The notes: a model not told the origin generated them from the sequence alone. A stretch of 64,000 nucleotides of DNA from Ranitomeya imitator (GCF_032444005.1 NC_091285.1:7936001-8000000), one strand, 5' to 3'; positions 47,901 to 62,900 are shown, counted from the stretch's first letter. Numbers and translations: made by a program.

Positions 47901-50900
47901 ATAGTGAGGGTGTGGGTGGCTCTTATAGTGAGGGTGTGGGTGGCTCTTATAGTGAGGGTGCGGGGGGCTCTTATAGTGAGGGTGGCTCTTATAGTGAGGG
48001 TGCGGGGGGCTCTTATAGTGAGGGTGCGGGGGCTCTTATAGTGAGGGTGGCTCTTATAGTGAGGCTGCGGGAGGCTCTTATAGTGAGGGTGGCTCTTATA
48101 GTGAGGGTGCGGGGGGCTCTTATAGTGAGGGTGGCTCTTATAGTGAGGGTGCGGGGGGCTCTTATAGTGAGGGTGTGGGGGGCTCTTACAGTGAGGGTGC
48201 GGGGGGCTCTTATAGTGAGGGTGTGGGTGGCTCTTATAGTGAGGGTGCGGGTGGCTCTTATAGTGAGGGTGCGGGGGGCTCTTACAGTGAGGGTGCGGGG
48301 GGCTCTTATAGTGAGGGTGCGGGCGGCTCTTATAGTGAGGGTGCGGGGGGCTCTTATAGTGAGGGTGCGGGGGGGGGGCTCTTATAGTGAGGGTGCGGGC
48401 GGCTCTTATAGTGAGGGTGCGGGCGGCTCTTATAGTGAGTGTGTGGGGGGCTCTTATAGTGAGGGTGCGGGCGGCTCTTATAGTGAGGGTGCGGGCGGCT
48501 CTTATAGTGAGGGTGCGGGCGGCTCTTATAGTGAGGGTGCGGGGGGCTCTTATAGTGAGGGTGTGGGGGGCTCTTATAGTGAGGCTGCGGGCGGCTCTTA
48601 TAGTGAGGGTGCGGGCGGCTCTTATAGTGAGGGGGTGGGGGGCTCTTATAGTGAGGCTGCGGGCGGCTCTTATAGTGAGGGTGCGGGCGGCTCTTATAGT
48701 GAGGGGGTGGGGGGCTCTTATAGTGAGGCTGCGGGCGGCTCTTATAGTGAGGGTGCGGGGGGCTCTTATAGTGAGGGGGTGGGGGGCTCTTATAGTGAGG
48801 GTGCGGGGGGCTCTTATAGTGAGGCTGCGGGCGGCTCTTATAATGAGGGTGCGGGGGGCTCTTATAGTGAGGGTGTGGGGGGCTCTGATAGTGTGGGGGG
48901 CTCTTATAGTGAGGCTGCGGGCGGCTCTTATAATGAGGGTGCGGGGGGGCTCTTATAGTGAGGGGGCTCTTATAGTGAGGCTGCGGGGCTCTTATAGTGA
49001 GGGTGCGGGGGGCTCTTATAATGAGGGTGTGGGTGGCTCTTATAGTGAGGGGGCTCTTATAGTGAGGCTGCGGGGGGCTCTTATAGTGAGGGTGCGGGCG
49101 GCTCTTATAGTGAGTGTGTGGGGGGCTCTTATAGTGAGGGTGCGGGCGGCTCTTATAGTGAGGGTGCGGGGGGGCTCTTATAGTGAGGGTGTGGGCGGCT
49201 CTTATAGTGAGTGTGCGGGGGGGCTCTTATAGTGAGGGTGCGGGGGGGCTCTTATAGTGAGGGTGTGGGCGGCTCTTATAGTGAGTGTGTGGGGGGCTCT
49301 TATAGTGAGGGTGCGGGCGGCTCTTATAGTGAGGGTGCGGGGGGCTCTTATAGTGAGGGGGTAGGGGGCTCTTATAGTGAGGCTGTAGGGGGCTCTCACA
49401 GTGAGGGTGCGGGGGGCTCTTATAGTGAGGGGGTAGGGGGCTCTTATAGTGAGGCTGTGGGGGGCTCTTATAGTGAGGCTGTAGGGGGCTCTCATAGTGA
49501 GGGTGTGGGGGGCTCTTATAGTGAGGGTGTGGGGGGCTCTTATAGTGAGGCTGCGGGAGGCTCTTATAGTGAGGGTGTGGGGGGCTCTTATAGTGAGGCT
49601 GTAGGGGGCTCTCATAGTGAGGGTGTGGGGGGCTCTTATAGTGAGGGTGTGGGTGGCTCTTATAGTGAGGCTGCGGGAGGCTCTTATAGTGAGGGTGTGG
49701 GTGGCTCTTATAGTGAGGGTGCAGGGGGCTCTTACAGTGAGGGTGCGGGGGGCTCTTATAGTGAGGGTGTGGGTGGCTCTTATAGTGAGGGTGCGGGGGG
49801 CTCTTACAGTGAGGGTGCGGGGGGCTCTTATAGTGAGGCTGCGGGCGGCTCTTATAGTGAGGGTGCGGGCGGCTCTTATAGTGAGGGTGCGGGCGGCTCT
49901 TATAGTGAGGGTGCGGGGGGGCTCTTATAGTGAGGGTGCGGGCGGCTCTTATAGTGAGTGTGTGGGGGGCTCTTATAGTGAGGGTGCGGGCGGCTCTTAT
50001 AGTGAGGGTGCGGGGGGCTCTTATAGTGAGGGTGCGGGCGGCTCTTATAGTGAGGGTGCGGGGGGCTCTTATAGTGAGGGTGCGGGCGGCTCTTATAGTG
50101 AGGGTGTGGGGGGCTCTTATAGTGAGGCTGCGGGGGGCTCTTATAGTGAGGGTGCGGGGGGCTCTTATAGTGAGGGTGCGGGCGGCTCTTATAGTGAGGG
50201 TGCGGGGGGCTCTTATAGTGAGGGTGCGGGCGGCTCTTATAGTGAGGGTGTGGGGGGCTCTTATAGTGAGGGTGCGGGGGGGCTCTTACAGTGAGGGTGC
50301 GGGGGGCTCTTATAGTGAGGCTGCGGGCGGCTCTTATAGTGAGGGTGCGGGCGGCTCTTATAGTGAGGGTGCGGGGGGCTCTTATAGTGAGGGTGCGGGG
50401 GGGGGCTCTTATAGTGAGGGTGCGGGCGGCTCTTATAGTGAGTGTGTGGGGGGCTCTTATAGTGAGGGTGCGGGCGGCTCTTATAGTGAGGGTGCGGGGG
50501 GCTCTTATAGTGAGGGTGCGGGCGGCTCTTATAGTGAGGGTGTGGGGGGCTCTTATAGTGAGGGTGCGGGCGGCTCTTATAGTGAGGGTGTGGGGGGCTC
50601 TTATAGTGAGGCTGCGGGCGGCTCTTATAGTGAGGGTGCGGGCGGCTCTTATAGTGAGGGGGTGGGGGGCTCTTATAGTGAGGCTGCGGGCGGCTCTTAT
50701 AGTGAGGGTGCGGGGGGCTCTTATAGTGAGGGGGTGGGGGGCTCTTATAGTGAGGGTGCGGGGGGCTCTTATAGTGAGGCTGCGGGTGGCTCTTATAGTG
50801 AGGGTGCGGGGGGCTCTTATAGTGAGGGGGTGGGGGGCTCTTATAGTGAGGCTGCGGGCTGCTCTTATAGTGAGGGTGCGGGGGGCTCTTATAGTGAGGG

Positions 50901-53900
50901 TGTGGGTGGCTCTTATAGTGAGGGTGTGGGGGGCTCTTATAGTGTGGGGGGCTCTTATAGTGAGGGTGCGGGGGCTCTTATAGTGAGGCTGCGGGCGGCT
51001 CTTATAATGAGGGTGTGGGGGGCTCTTATAGTGTGGGGGGCTCTTATAGTGAGGCTGCGGGCGGCTCTTATAATGAGGGTGCGGGGGGCTCTTATAGTGA
51101 GGGTGCGGGCGGCTCTTATAGTGAGGGTGCGGGCGGCTCTTATAGTGAGGGTGCGGGGGGCTCTTATAGTGAGGGTGTGGGCGGCTCTTATAGTGAGGGT
51201 GCGGGGGCTCTTATAGTGAGGCTGTAGGGGGCTCTCATAGTGAGGGTGCGGGCGGCTCTTATAGTGAGGGTGCGGGGGGCTCTTATAGTGAGGGTGTGGG
51301 CGGCTCTTATAGTGAGGGTGCGGGGGGCTCTTATAGTGAGGCTGTGGGGGGGCTCTTATAGTGAGGGGGTAGGGGGCTCTTATAGTGAGTGTGCGGGGGG
51401 GCTCTTATAGTGAGGGTGCGGGGCGGCTCTTATAGTGAGGGTACGGGGCGGCTCTTATAGTGAGGGTGTAGGGGGCTCTCATAGTGAGGGTGCGGGGGGG
51501 CTATTATAGTGAGGCTGTAGGGGGCTCTCATAGTGAGGGTGCGGGGGGCTCTTATAGTGAGGGGGTAGGGGGCTCTTATAGTGAGGCTGTGGGGGGCTCT
51601 TATAGTGAGGCTGTAGGGGGCTCTCATAGTGAGGGTGTGGGGGGCTTTTATAGTGAGGGTGCGGGGGGGCTCTTATAGTGAGGGTGCGGGTGGCTCTTAT
51701 AGTGAGGGGGTAGGGGGCTCTTATAGTGAGGGGGCTCTCATAGTGAGGGTGTAGGGGGCTCTTATAGTGAGGGTGTGGGCGGCTCTTATAGTGAGGCTGT
51801 AGGGGGCTCTTATAGTGAGGCTGTGGGCGGCTCTTATAGTGAGGGTGTGGGCGGCTCTTATAGTGAGGGTGCGGGGGGCTCTTATAGTGAGTGTGTGGGG
51901 GGCTCTTATAGTGAGGGTGCGGGGGGGCTCTTATAGTGAGGGTGCGGGTGGCTCTTATAGTGAGGGTGCGGGTGGCTCTTATAGTGAGGGTGCGGGTGGC
52001 TCTTATAGTGAGGGGGTAGGGGGCTCTTATAGTGAGGGGGCTCTCATAGTGAGGGTGTATGGGGCTCTTATAGTGAGGGTGTGGGGGGCTCTTATAGTGA
52101 GGCTGTAGGGGGCTCTTATAGTGAGGCTGTGGGCGGCTCTTATAGTGAGGGTGTGGGCGGCTCTTATAGTGAGGGTGCGGGGGGCTCTTATAGTGAGGGT
52201 GCGGGGGGCTCTTATAGTGAGGGTGTGGGGGGCTCTTATAGTGAGGGTGCGGGTGGCTCTTATAGTGAGGGTGCGGGGGGCTCTTATAGTGAGGGGGCTC
52301 TCATAGTGAGGGTGTGGGTGGCTCTTATAGTCAGGCTGTAGGGGGCTCTCATAGTGAGGGTGTGGGTGGCTCTTATAGTGAGGCTGTAGGGGGCTCTTAT
52401 AATGAGGGTGCGGGGGGCTCTTATAGTGAGGCTGCGGGCGGCTCTTATAGTGAGGCTGTGGGCGGCTCTTATAGTGAGGGTGCGGGGGGCTCTTATAGTG
52501 AGGGTGTGGGGGGCTCTTATAGTGAGGCTGTGGGCGGCTCTTATAGTGAGGGTGCGGGGGGCTCTTATAGTGAGGGTGTGGGGGGCTCTTATAGTGAGGC
52601 TGTGGGCGGCTCTTATAGTGAGGGTGCGGGCGGCTCTTATAGTGAGGGTGCGGGGGGGCTCTCATAGTGAGGGGGCTCTTATAGTGAGGGTGCGGGGGGC
52701 TCTTATAGTGAGGGTGCGGGGGGCTCTTATAGTGAGGGGGCTCTTATAGTGAGGGTGTGGGGGGCTCTTATAGTGAGGGTGCGGGTGGCTCTTATAGTGA
52801 GGGTGTGGGGGGCTCTAATAGTGAGGGTGGTTCTTATAGTGAGGGTGTGGGGGGCTCTTATAGTGAGGGTGCGGGCGGCTCTTATAGTGAGGCTGTGGCC
52901 GCTCTTATAGTGAGGGTGCGGGTGGCTCTTATAGTGAGGGTGTGGGCGGCTCTTATAGTGAGGGTGCGGGCGGCTCTTATAGTGAGGGTGCGGGGGGCTC
53001 TTACAGTGAGGGTGCGGGGGGCTCTTATAGTGAGGGTGTGGGTGGCTCTTATAGTGAGGGTGTGGGTGGCTCTTATAGTGAGGGTGCGGGGGGCTCTTAC
53101 AGTGAGGGTGCGGGGGGCTCTTATAGTGAGGGTGTGGGGGGCTCTTATAGTGAGGGTGCGGGGGGCTCTTATAGTGAGGCTGCGGGCGGCTCTTATAGTG
53201 AGGGTGCGGGCGGCTCTTATAGTGAGGGTGCGGGGGGCTCTTATAGTGAGGGTGCGGGCGGCTCTTATAGTGAGGGTGCGGGGGGCTCTTATAGTGAGGG
53301 TGCGGGCGGCTCTTATAGTGAGGGTGCGGGGGGCTCTTATAGTGAGGGTGTGGGGGGCTCTTATAGTGAGGCTGCGGGCGGCTCTTATAGTGAGGGTGCG
53401 GGCGGCTCTTATAGTGAGGGGGTGGGGGGCTCTTATAGTGAGGCTGCGGGCGGCTCTTATAGTGAGGGTGCGGGGGGCTCTTATAGTGAGGGGGTGGGGG
53501 GATCTTATAGTGAGGGTGCGGGTGGCTCTTATAGTGAGGGTGCGGGGGCTCTTATAGTGAGGGGGTGGGGGGCTCTTATAGTGAGGGTGCGGGCGGCTCT
53601 TACAATGAGGGTGCGGGGGGCTCTTATAGTGAGGGTGTGGGGGGCTCTTATAGTGTGGGGGGCTCTTATAGTGAGGCTGCGGGCGGCTCTTATAATGAGG
53701 GTGCGGGGGGCTCTTATAGTGAGGGTGCGGGGGGCTCTTATAGTGAGGGTGCGGGCGGCTCTTATAGTGAGTGTGTGGGGGGCTCTTATAGTGAGGGTGC
53801 GGGCGGCTCTTATAGTGAGGGTGTGGGCGGCTCTTATAGTGAGTGTGCGGGGGGGCTCTTATAGTGAGGGTGCGGGGCGGCTCTTATAGTGAGGGTGCGG

Positions 53901-56900
53901 GGGCTCTTATAGTGAGGCTGTAGGGGGCTCTCATAGTGAGGGTGCGGGGGGCTCTTATAGTGAGGGGGTAGGGGGCTCTTATAGTGAGGCTGTAGGGGGC
54001 TCTCATAGTGAGGGTGCGGGGGGCTCTTATAGTGAGGGGGTAGGGGGCTCTTATAGTGAGGCTGTGGGGGGCTCTTATAGTGAGGCTGTAGGGGGCTCTC
54101 ATAGTGAGGGTGTGGGGGGCTCTTATAGTGAGGGTGTGGGGGGCTCTTATAGTGAGGGTGCGGGCGGCTCTTATAGTGAGGCTGCGGGAGGCTCTTATAG
54201 TGAGGCTGCGGGAGGCTCTTATAGTGAGTGTGTGGGTGGTTCTTATAGTGAGGGTGCGGGGGGCTCTTATAGTGAGTGTGTGGGTGGCTCTTATAGTGAG
54301 GGTGTGGGGGGCTCTTATAGTGAGGGTGTGGGGGGCTCTTATAGTGAGGGTGCGGGCGGCTCTTATAGTGAGGCTGCGGGAGGCTCTTATAGTGAGGCTG
54401 CGGGAGGCTCTTATAGTGAGTGTGTGGGTGGCTCTTATAGTGAGGGTGTGGGGGGCTCTTATAGTGAGTGTGTGGGTGGCTCTTATAGTGAGGGTGCGGG
54501 GGGCTCTTATAGTGAGGGTGGCTCTTATAGTGAGGGTGCGGGGGGCTCTTACAGTGAGGGTGCGGGGGGCTCTTATAGTGAGGGTGTGGGTGGCTCTTAT
54601 AGTGAGGGTGTGGGTGGCTCTTATAGTGAGGGTGCGGGGGGCTCTTATAGTGAGGGTGGCTCTTATAGTGAGGGTGCGGGGGGCTCTTATAGTGAGGGTG
54701 CGGGGGGCTCTTATAGTGAGGGTGGCTCTTATAGTGAGGCTGCGGGAGGCTCTTATAGTGAGGGTGGCTCTTATAGTGAGGGTGCGGGGGGCTCTTATAG
54801 TGAGGGTGGCTCTTATAGTGAGGGTGCGGGGGGCTCTTATAGTGAGGGTGTGGGGGGCTCTTACAGTGAGGGTGCGGGGGGCTCTTATAGTGAGGGTGTG
54901 GGTGGCTCTTATAGTGAGGGTGTGGGTGGCTCTTATAGTGAGGGTGCGGGGGGCTCTTACAGTGAGGGTGCGGGGGGCTCTTATAGTGAGGGTGCGGGCG
55001 GCTCTTATAGTGAGGGTGCGGGCGGCTCTTATAGTGAGTGTGTGGGGGGCTCTTATAGTGAGGGTGCGGGCGGCTCTTATAGTGAGGGTGCGGGGGGCTC
55101 TTATAGTGAGGGTGCGGGCGGCTCTTATAGTGAGGGTGCGGGGGGCTCTTATAGTGAGGGTGTGGGGGGCTCTTATAGTGAGGCTGCGGGCGGCTCTTAT
55201 AGTGAGGGTGCGGGCGGCTCTTATAGTGAGGCTGCGGGTGGCTCTTATAGTGAGGGTGCGGGGGGCTCTTATAGTGAGGGGGTGGGGGGCTCTTATAGTG
55301 AGGCTGCGGGCTGCTCTTATAGTGAGGGTGCGGGGGGCTCTTATAGTGAGGGTGTGGGCTGCTCTTATAGTGAGGCTGCGGGCGGCTCTTATAGTGAGGG
55401 TGTGGGGGGCTCTTATAGTGTGGGGGGCTCTTATAGTGAGGGTGCGGGGGCTCTTATAGTGAGGCTGCGGGCGGCTCTTATAATGAGGGTGCGGGGGGCT
55501 CTTATAGTGAGGGTGCGGGCGGCTCTTATAGTGAGGGTGCGGGCGGCTCTTATAGTGAGGGTGCGGGGGGCTCTTATAGTGAGGCTGTAGGGGGCTCTCA
55601 TAGTGAGGGTGCGGGGGGGCTCTTATAGTGAGGGGGTAGGGGGCTCTTATAGTGAGGCTGTAGGGGGCTCTCATAGTGAGGGTGCGGGGGGCTCTTATAG
55701 TGAGGCTGTGGGGGGGCTCTTATAGTGAGGGGGTAGGGGGCTCTTATAGTGAGTGTGCGGGGGGCTCTTATAGTGAGGGTGCGGGGCGGCTCTTATAGTG
55801 AGGGTGCGGGGCGGCTCTTATAGTGAGGGTGTAGGGGGCTCTCATAGTGAGGGTGCGGGGGGCTCTTATAGTGAGGGGGTAGGGGGCTCTTATAGTGAGG
55901 CTGTGGGGGGCTCTTATAGTGAGGCTGTAGGGGGCTCTCATAGTGAGGGTGTGGGGGGCTCTTATAGTGAGGGTGCGGGGGGGCTCTTATAGTGAGGGTG
56001 CGGGTGGCTCTTATAGTGAGGGGGTAGGGGGCTCTTATAGTGAGGGGGCTCTCATAGTGAGGGTGTAGGGGGCTCTTATAGTGAGGGTGTGGGCGGCTCT
56101 TATAGTGAGGCTGTAGGGGGCTCTTATAGTGAGGCTGTGGGCGGCTCTTATAGTGAGGGTGTGGGGGGCTCTTATAGTGAGGGTGCGGGGGGCTCTTATA
56201 GTGAGGGTGTGGGGGGCTCTTATAGTGAGGGTGCGGGTGGCTCTTATAGTGAGGGTGCGGGTGGCTCTTATAGTGAGGGTGCGGGTGGCTCTTATAGTGA
56301 GGGGGTAGGGGGCTCTTATAGTGAGGGGGCTCTCATAGTGAGGGTGTAGGGGGCTCTTATAGTGAGGGTGTGGGCGGCTCTTATAGTGAGGCTGTAGGGG
56401 GCTCTTATAGTGAGGCTGTAGGGGGCTCTTATAGTGAGGCTGTGGGCGGCTCTTATAGTGAGGGTGCGGGGGGCTCTTATAGTGAGGGTGCGGGGGGCTC
56501 TTATAGTGAGGGTGTGGGGGGCTCTTATAGTGAGGGTGCGGGTGGCTCTTATAGTGAGGGTGCGGGTGGCTCTTATAGTGAGGGTGCGGGTGGCTCTTAT
56601 AGTGAGGGGGTAGGGGGCTCTTATAGTGAGGGGGCTCTCATAGTGAGGGTGTAGGGGGCTCTTATAGTGAGGGTGTGGGCGGCTCTTATAGTGAGGCTGT
56701 AGGGGGCTCTTATAGTGAGGCTGTGGGCGGCTCTTATAGTGAGGGTGTGGGCGGCTCTTATAGTGAGGGTGCGGGGGGCTCTTATAGTGAGGGTGCGGGG
56801 GGCTCTTATAGTGAGGGTGTGGGGGGCTCTTATAGTGAGGGTGCGGGTGGCTCTTATAGTGAGGGTGTGGGGGGCTCTTATAGTGAGGCTGCGGGCTGCT

Positions 56901-59900
56901 CTTATAGTGAGGCTGCGGGCGGCTCTTATAGTGAGGGTGTGGGGGGCTCTTATAGTGTGGGGGGCTCTTATAGTGAGGGTGCGGGGGCTCTTATAGTGAG
57001 GCTGCGGGCGGCTCTTATAATGAGGGTGCGGGGGGCTCTTATAGTGAGGGTGCGGGCGGCTCTTATAGTGAGGGTGCGGGCGGCTCTTATAGTGAGGGTG
57101 CGGGGGCTCTTATAGTGAGGGTGCGGGCGGCTCTTATAGTGAGGGTGCGGGCGGCTCTTATAGTGAGGGTGCGGGCGGCTCTTATAGTGAGGGTGCGGGG
57201 GGCTCTTATAGTGAGGGTGTGGGCGGCTCTTATAGTGAGGGTGTGGGGGGCTCTTATAGTGTGGGGGGCTCTTATAGTGAGGGTGCGGGGGCTCTTATAG
57301 TGAGGCTGCGGGCGGCTCTTATAATGAGGGTGCGGGGGGCTCTTATAGTGAGGGTGCGGGCGGCTCTTATAGTGAGGGTGCGGGCGGCTCTTATAGTGAG
57401 GGTGCGGGGGGCTCTTATAGTGAGGGTGTGGGCGGCTCTTATAGTGAGGGTGCGGGGGCTCTTATAGTGAGGCTGTAGGGGGCTCTCATAGTGAGGGTGC
57501 GGGGGGGCTCTTATAGTGAGGGTGCGGGGCGGCTCTTATAGTGAGGGTGCGGGGCGGCTCTTATAGTGAGGGTGTAGGGGGCTCTCATAGTGAGGGTGTG
57601 GGGGGGCTCTTATAGTGAGGCTGTAGGGGGCTCTCATAGTGAGGGTGCGGGGGGCTCTTATAGTGAGGGGGTAGTGGGCTCTTATAGTGAGGCTGTGGGG
57701 GTTCTTATAGTGAGGCTGTAGGGGGCTCTCATAGTGAGGGTGTGGGGGGCTCTTATAGTGAGGGTGCGGGGGGGGCTCTTATAGTGAGGGTGCGGGTGGC
57801 TCTTATAGTGAGGGGGTAGGGGGCTCTTATAGTGAGGGTGTGGGCGGCTCTTATAGTGAGGCTGTAGGGGGCTCTTATAGTGAGTGTGTGGGTGGCTCTT
57901 ATAGTGAGGGTGCGGGGGGCTCTTATAGTGAGGGTGCGGGGGGCTCTTACAGTGAGGGTGCGGGGGGCTCTTATAGTGAGGGTGTGGGTGGCTCTTATAG
58001 TGAGGGTGTGGGTGGCTCTTATAGTGAGGGTGCGGGGGGCTCTTATAGTGAGGGTGCGGGGGGCTCTTATAGTGAGGGTGCGGGGGGCTCTTATAGTGAG
58101 GGTGGCTCTTATAGTGAGGCTGCGGGAGGCTCTTATAGTGAGGGTGGCTCTTATAGTGAGGGTGCGGGGGGCTCTTATAGTGAGGGTGGCTCTTATAGTG
58201 AGTGTGTGGGTGGCTCTTATAGTGAGGGTGCGGGGGGCTCTTATAGTGAGGGTGCGGGGGGCTCTTACAGTGAGGGTGTGGGGGGCTCTTATAGTGAGGG
58301 TGTGGGTGGCTCTTATAGTGAGGGTGTGGGTGGCTCTTATAGTGAGGGTGCGGGGGGCTCTTATAGTGAGGGTGGCTCTTATAGTGAGGGTGCGGGGGGC
58401 TCTTATAGTGAGGGTGCGGGGGGCTCTTATAGTGAGGGTGGCTCTTATAGTGAGGCTGCGGGAGGCTCTTATAGTGAGGGTGGCTCTTATAGTGAGGGTG
58501 CGGGGGGCTCTTATAGTGAGGGTGGCTCTTATAGTGAGGGTGCGGGGGGCTCTTATAGTGAGGGTGTGGGGGGCTCTTACAGTGAGGGTGCGGGGGGCTC
58601 TTATAGTGAGGGTGTGGGTGGCTCTTATAGTGAGGGTGCGGGTGGCTCTTATAGTGAGGGTGCGGGGGGCTCTTACAGTGAGGGTGCGGGGGGCTCTTAT
58701 AGTGAGGGTGCGGGCGGCTCTTATAGTGAGGGTGCGGGGGGCTCTTATAGTGAGGGTGCGGGGGGGGGGGCTCTTATAGTGAGGGTGCGGGCGGCTCTTA
58801 TAGTGAGGGTGCGGGCGGCTCTTATAGTGAGTGTGTGGGGGGCTCTTATAGTGAGGCTGCGGGCGGCTCTTATAGTGAGGGGGTGGGGGGCTCTTATAGT
58901 GAGGCTGCGGGCGGCTCTTATAGTGAGGGTGCGGGCGGCTCTTATAGTGAGGGGGTGGGGGGCTCTTATAGTGAGGCTGCGGGCGGCTCTTATAGTGAGG
59001 GTGCGGGGGGCTCTTATAGTGAGGGGGTGGGGGGCTCTTATAGTGAGGGTGCGGGGGGCTCTTATAGTGAGGCTGCGGGCGGCTCTTATAATGAGGGTGC
59101 GGGGGGCTCTTATAGTGAGGGGGCTCTTATAGTGAGGCTGCGGGGCTCTTATAGTGAGGGTGCGGGGGGCTCTTATAATGAGGGTGTGGGTGGCTCTTAT
59201 AGTGAGGGGGCTCTTATAGTGAGGCTGCGGGGGGCTCTTATAGTGAGGGTGCGGGCGGCTCTTATAGTGAGTGTGTGGGGGGCTCTTATAGTGAGGGTGC
59301 GGGCGGCTCTTATAGTGAGGGTGCGGGGGGCTCTTATAGTGAGGGTGTGGGCGGCTCTTATAGTGAGTGTGCGGGGGGGCTCTTATAGTGAGGGTGCGGG
59401 GGGGCTCTTATAGTGAGGGTGTGGGCGGCTCTTATAGTGAGTGTGTGGGGGGCTCTTATAGTGAGGGTGCGGGCGGCTCTTATAGTGAGGGTGCGGGGGG
59501 CTCTTATAGTGAGGGGGTAGGGGGCTCTTATAGTGAGGCTGTAGGGGGCTCTCACAGTGAGGGTGCGGGGGGCTCTTATAGTGAGGGGGTAGGGGGCTCT
59601 TATAGTGAGGCTGTGGGGGGCTCTTATAGTGAGGCTGTAGGGGGCTCTCATAGTGAGGGTGTGGGGGGCTCTTATAGTGAGGGTGTGGGGGGCTCTTATA
59701 GTGAGGCTGCGGGAGGCTCTTATAGTGAGGGTGTGGGTGGCTCTTATAGTGAGGGTGCAGGGGGCTCTTACAGTGAGGGTGCGGGGGGCTCTTATAGTGA
59801 GGGTGTGGGTGGCTCTTATAGTGAGGGTGCGGGGGGCTCTTACAGTGAGGGTGCGGGGGGCTCTTATAGTGAGGCTGCGGGCGGCTCTTATAGTGAGGGT

Positions 59901-62900
59901 GCGGGCGGCTCTTATAGTGAGGGTGCGGGGGGGGGCTCTTATAGTGAGGGTGCGGGCGGCTCTTATAGTGAGTGTGTGGGGGGCTCTTATAGTGAGGGTG
60001 CGGGCGGCTCTTATAGTGAGGGTGCGGGGGGCTCTTATAGTGAGGGTGCGGGCGGCTCTTATAGTGAGGGTGCGGGGGGCTCTTATAGTGAGGGTGCGGG
60101 CGGCTCTTATAGTGAGTGTGTGGGGGGCTCTTATAGTGAGGCTGCGGGCGGCTCTTATAGTGAGGGTGCGGGGGGCTCTTATAGTGAGGGTGCGGGCGGC
60201 TCTTATAGTGAGGGTGCGGGGGGCTCTTATAGTGAGGGTGCGGGCGGCTCTTATAGTGAGGGTGTGGGGGGCTCTTATAGTGAGGGTGCGGGGGGGCTCT
60301 TACAGTGAGGGTGCGGGGGGCTCTTATAGTGAGGCTGCGGGCGGCTCTTATAGTGAGGGTGCGGGCGGCTCTTATAGTGAGGGTGCGGGGGGCTCTTATA
60401 GTGAGGGTGCGGGGGGGGGCTCTTATAGTGAGGGTGCGGGCGGCTCTTATAGTGAGTGTGTGGGGGGCTCTTATAGTGAGGGTGCGGGCGGCTCTTATAG
60501 TGAGGGTGCGGGGGGCTCTTATAGTGAGGGTGCGGGCGGCTCTTATAGTGAGGGTGTGGGGGGCTCTTATAGTGAGGGTGCGGGCGGCTCTTATAGTGAG
60601 GGTGTGGGGGGCTCTTATAGTGAGGCTGCGGGCGGCTCTTATAGTGAGGGTGCGGGCGGCTCTTATAGTGAGGGAGTGGGGGGCTCTTATAGTGAGGCTG
60701 CGGGCGGCTCTTATAGTGAGGGTGCGGGGGGCTCTTATAGTGAGGGGGTGGGGGGCTCTTATAGTGAGGGTGCGGGGGGCTCTTATAGTGAGGCTGCGGG
60801 TGGCTCTTATAGTGAGGGTGCGGGGGGCTCTTATAGTGAGGGGGTGGGGGGCTCTTATAGTGAGGCTGCGGGCTGCTCTTATAGTGAGGGTGCGGGGGGC
60901 TCTTATAGTGAGGGTGTGGGTGGCTCTTATAGTGAGGGTGTGGGGGGCTCTTATAGTGTGGGGGGCTCTTATAGTGAGGGTGCGGGGGCTCTTATAGTGA
61001 GGCTGCGGGCGGCTCTTATAATGAGGGTGTGGGGGGCTCTTATAGTGTGGGGGGCTCTTATAGTGAGGCTGCGGGCGGCTCTTATAATGAGGGTGCGGGG
61101 GGCTCTTATAGTGAGGGTGCGGGCGGCTCTTATAGTGAGGGTGCGGGCGGCTCTTATAGTGAGGGTGCGGGGGGCTCTTATAGTGAGGGTGTGGGCGGCT
61201 CTTATAGTGAGGGTGCGGGGGCTCTTATAGTGAGGCTGTAGGGGGCTCTCATAGTGAGGGTGCGGGCGGCTCTTATAGTGAGGGTGCGGGGGGCTCTTAT
61301 AGTGAGGGTGTGGGCGGCTCTTATAGTGAGGGTGCGGGGGGCTCTTATAGTGAGGCTGTGGGGGGGCTCTTATAGTGAGGGGGTAGGGGGCTCTTATAGT
61401 GAGTGTGCGGGGGGCTCTTATAGTGAGGGTGCGGGGCGGCTCTTATAGTGAGGGTGCGGGGCGGCTCTTATAGTGAGGGTGTAGGGGGCTCTCATAGTGA
61501 GGGTGCGGGGGGCTCTTATAGTGAGGGGGTAGGGGGCTCTTATAGTGAGGCTGTGGGGGGCTCTTATAGTGAGGCTGTAGGGGGCTCTCATAGTGAGGGT
61601 GTGGGGGGCTCTTATAGTGAGGGTGCGGGGGGGCTCTTATAGTGAGGCTGTAGGGGGCTCTCATAGTGAGGGTGCGGGGGGCTCTTATAGTGAGGGGGTA
61701 GGGGGCTCTTATAGTGAGGCTGTGGGGGGCTCTTATAGTGAGGCTGTAGGGGGCTCTCATAGTGAGGGTGTGGGGGGCTTTTATAGTGAGGGTGCGGGGG
61801 GGCTCTTATAGTGAGGGTGCGGGTGGCTCTTATAGTGAGGGGGTAGGGGGCTCTTATAGTGAGGGGGCTCTCATAGTGAGGGTGTAGGGGGCTCTTATAG
61901 TGAGGGTGTGGGCGGCTCTTATAGTGAGGCTGTAGGGGGCTCTTATAGTGAGGGTGTGGGCGGCTCTTATAGTGAGGCTGTAGGGGGCTCTTATAGTGAG
62001 GGTGCGGGGGGCTCTTATAGTGAGGGTGTGGGCGGCTCTTATAGTGAGGGTGCGGGGGGCTCTTATAGTGAGTGTGTGGGGGGCTCTTATAGTGAGGGTG
62101 CGGGGGGGCTCTTATAGTGAGGGTGCGGGTGGCTCTTATAGTGAGGGTGCGGGTGGCTCTTATAGTGAGGGTGCGGGTGGCTCTTATAGTGAGGGGGTAG
62201 GGGGCTCTTATAGTGAGGGGGCTCTCATAGTGAGGGTGTATGGGGCTCTTATAGTGAGGGTGTGGGGGGCTCTTATAGTGAGGCTGTAGGGGGCTCTTAT
62301 AGTGAGGCTGTGGGCGGCTCTTATAGTGAGGGTGTGGGCGGCTCTTATAGTGAGGGTGCGGGGGGCTCTTATAGTGAGGGTGCGGGGGGCTCTTATAGTG
62401 AGGGTGTGGGGGGCTCTTATAGTGAGGGTGCGGGTGGCTCTTATAGTGAGGGTGCGGGGGGCTCTTATAGTGAGGGGGCTCTCATAGTGAGGGTGTGGGT
62501 GGCTCTTATAGTCAGGCTGTAGGGGGCTCTCATAGTGAGGGTGTGGGTGGCTCTTATAGTGAGGCTGTAGGGGGCTCTTATAATGAGGGTGCGGGGGGCT
62601 CTTATAGTGAGGCTGCGGGCGGCTCTTATAGTGAGGGTGCGGGGGGCTCTTATAGTGAGGGTGTGGGGGGCTCTTATAGTGAGGCTGTGGGCGGCTCTTA
62701 TAGTGAGGGTGCGGGGGGCTCTTATAGTGAGGGTGTGGGGGGCTCTTATAGTGAGGCTGTGGGCGGCTCTTATAGTGAGGGTGCGGGCGGCTCTTATAGT
62801 GAGGGTGCGGGGGGCTCTCATAGTGAGGGGGCTCTTATAGTGAGGGTGCGGGGGGCTCTTATAGTGAGGGTGCGGGGGGCTCTTATAGTGAGGGGGCTCT